Origin: a virus
Taxonomy: Duplodnaviria; Caudoviricetes
Strand: one strand, 5' to 3'
Length of the DNA stretch: 43,552 nt
Virus record (IMG/VR): IMGVR_UViG_3300037419_000730
Span: 1-43,552 of that record
Part shown: in pieces, positions 43,431 to 43,552 of the stretch
Position numbering within the stretch: the first letter of the stretch is position 1
Layout: every line of letters begins with the position of its first letter
Notes under the pieces: model-generated
The model's input: only the letters and a program-made list of their open reading frames with translations
Databases searched by the model: none
What the model was told of the DNA's origin: nothing
Made by a program: the position numbers and the translations under genes

Positions 43431-43552
43431 CGAAACTCGCGAGGCCGGGCGTTACGCCGATGATGCAGCAATACCTGCAGGTGAAAGCGCAGCATCCGGA
43501 TACGCTCGTCTTCTACCGCATGGGCGATTTCTACGAGCTGTTCTTCAGTGAC
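43397..43552 (+). CDS. mutS: DNA mismatch repair protein MutS, N-terminal part (runs off the window); start is phage-derived TTG 43397 or ATG 43460
   Basis: Translates [33 protein letters not shown], the canonical MutS domain I with the GDFYE mismatch-binding motif. Confidence 0.95.
   Translation, partial: MQLDTSENQWLAKLARPGVTPMMQQYLQVKAQHPDTLVFYRMGDFYELFFSD
43454..43469 (+). repeat. attR core ACGCCGATGATGCAGC
   Basis: Identical to 141..156; about 250 bp from the integrase start. Confidence 0.95.

Larger units (their letters stand above)
141..43469. mobile_element. Complete prophage (BPP-1/epsilon15-like podovirus) integrated in the 5' end of mutS
   Basis: Bounded by identical 16-bp direct repeats. 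Tyrosine integrase at the right end. Full lysis, virion, packaging, immunity and replication modules with no obvious frameshifts. Confidence 0.96.

Noticed and set aside
43423-43460. ATG at 43423 as the replacement mutS start
   Set aside because: Out of frame with mutS.
1-43552. Diversity-generating retroelement, expected given the BPP-1-like architecture
   Set aside because: No reverse transcriptase ORF and no TR/VR repeat pair seen.

Overview
The window is almost entirely one apparently intact ~43.3 kb temperate podophage (141..43469). Its BPP-1/epsilon15-like virion module is joined to a lambdoid cI/cro/cII switch and an APSE-like replication cluster (PolA, DUF2800 exonuclease, DUF2815 SSB, VRR-NUC, SNF2). 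It is integrated into the 5' end of the host mutS gene at a 16-bp core (ACGCCGATGATGCAGC). The host is probably a high-GC betaproteobacterium (inferred from GC and a CTGT-N8-ACAG SOS box). Main points of interest: (1) the phage separates mutS from its native promoter and first 15 codons, and offers an in-frame RBS+TTG replacement start overlapping IHF sites; (2) a LexA-boxed orphan gene sits just inside attL; (3) five exact copies of a 12-bp box define a late-promoter regulon of mostly leaderless transcripts, with a candidate HTH activator beside the first copy; (4) no tail-fibre gene is recognisable, but there is a GTA-like head-spike module with duplicated spike bases and adhesion-like inserts in the nozzle; (5) the major capsid protein has a 39-aa signal-peptide-like leader; (6) a 2160-aa ejection protein carries a GNAT-like insert and an HExxH motif. 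All family assignments come from motif recognition and synteny, not database searches.
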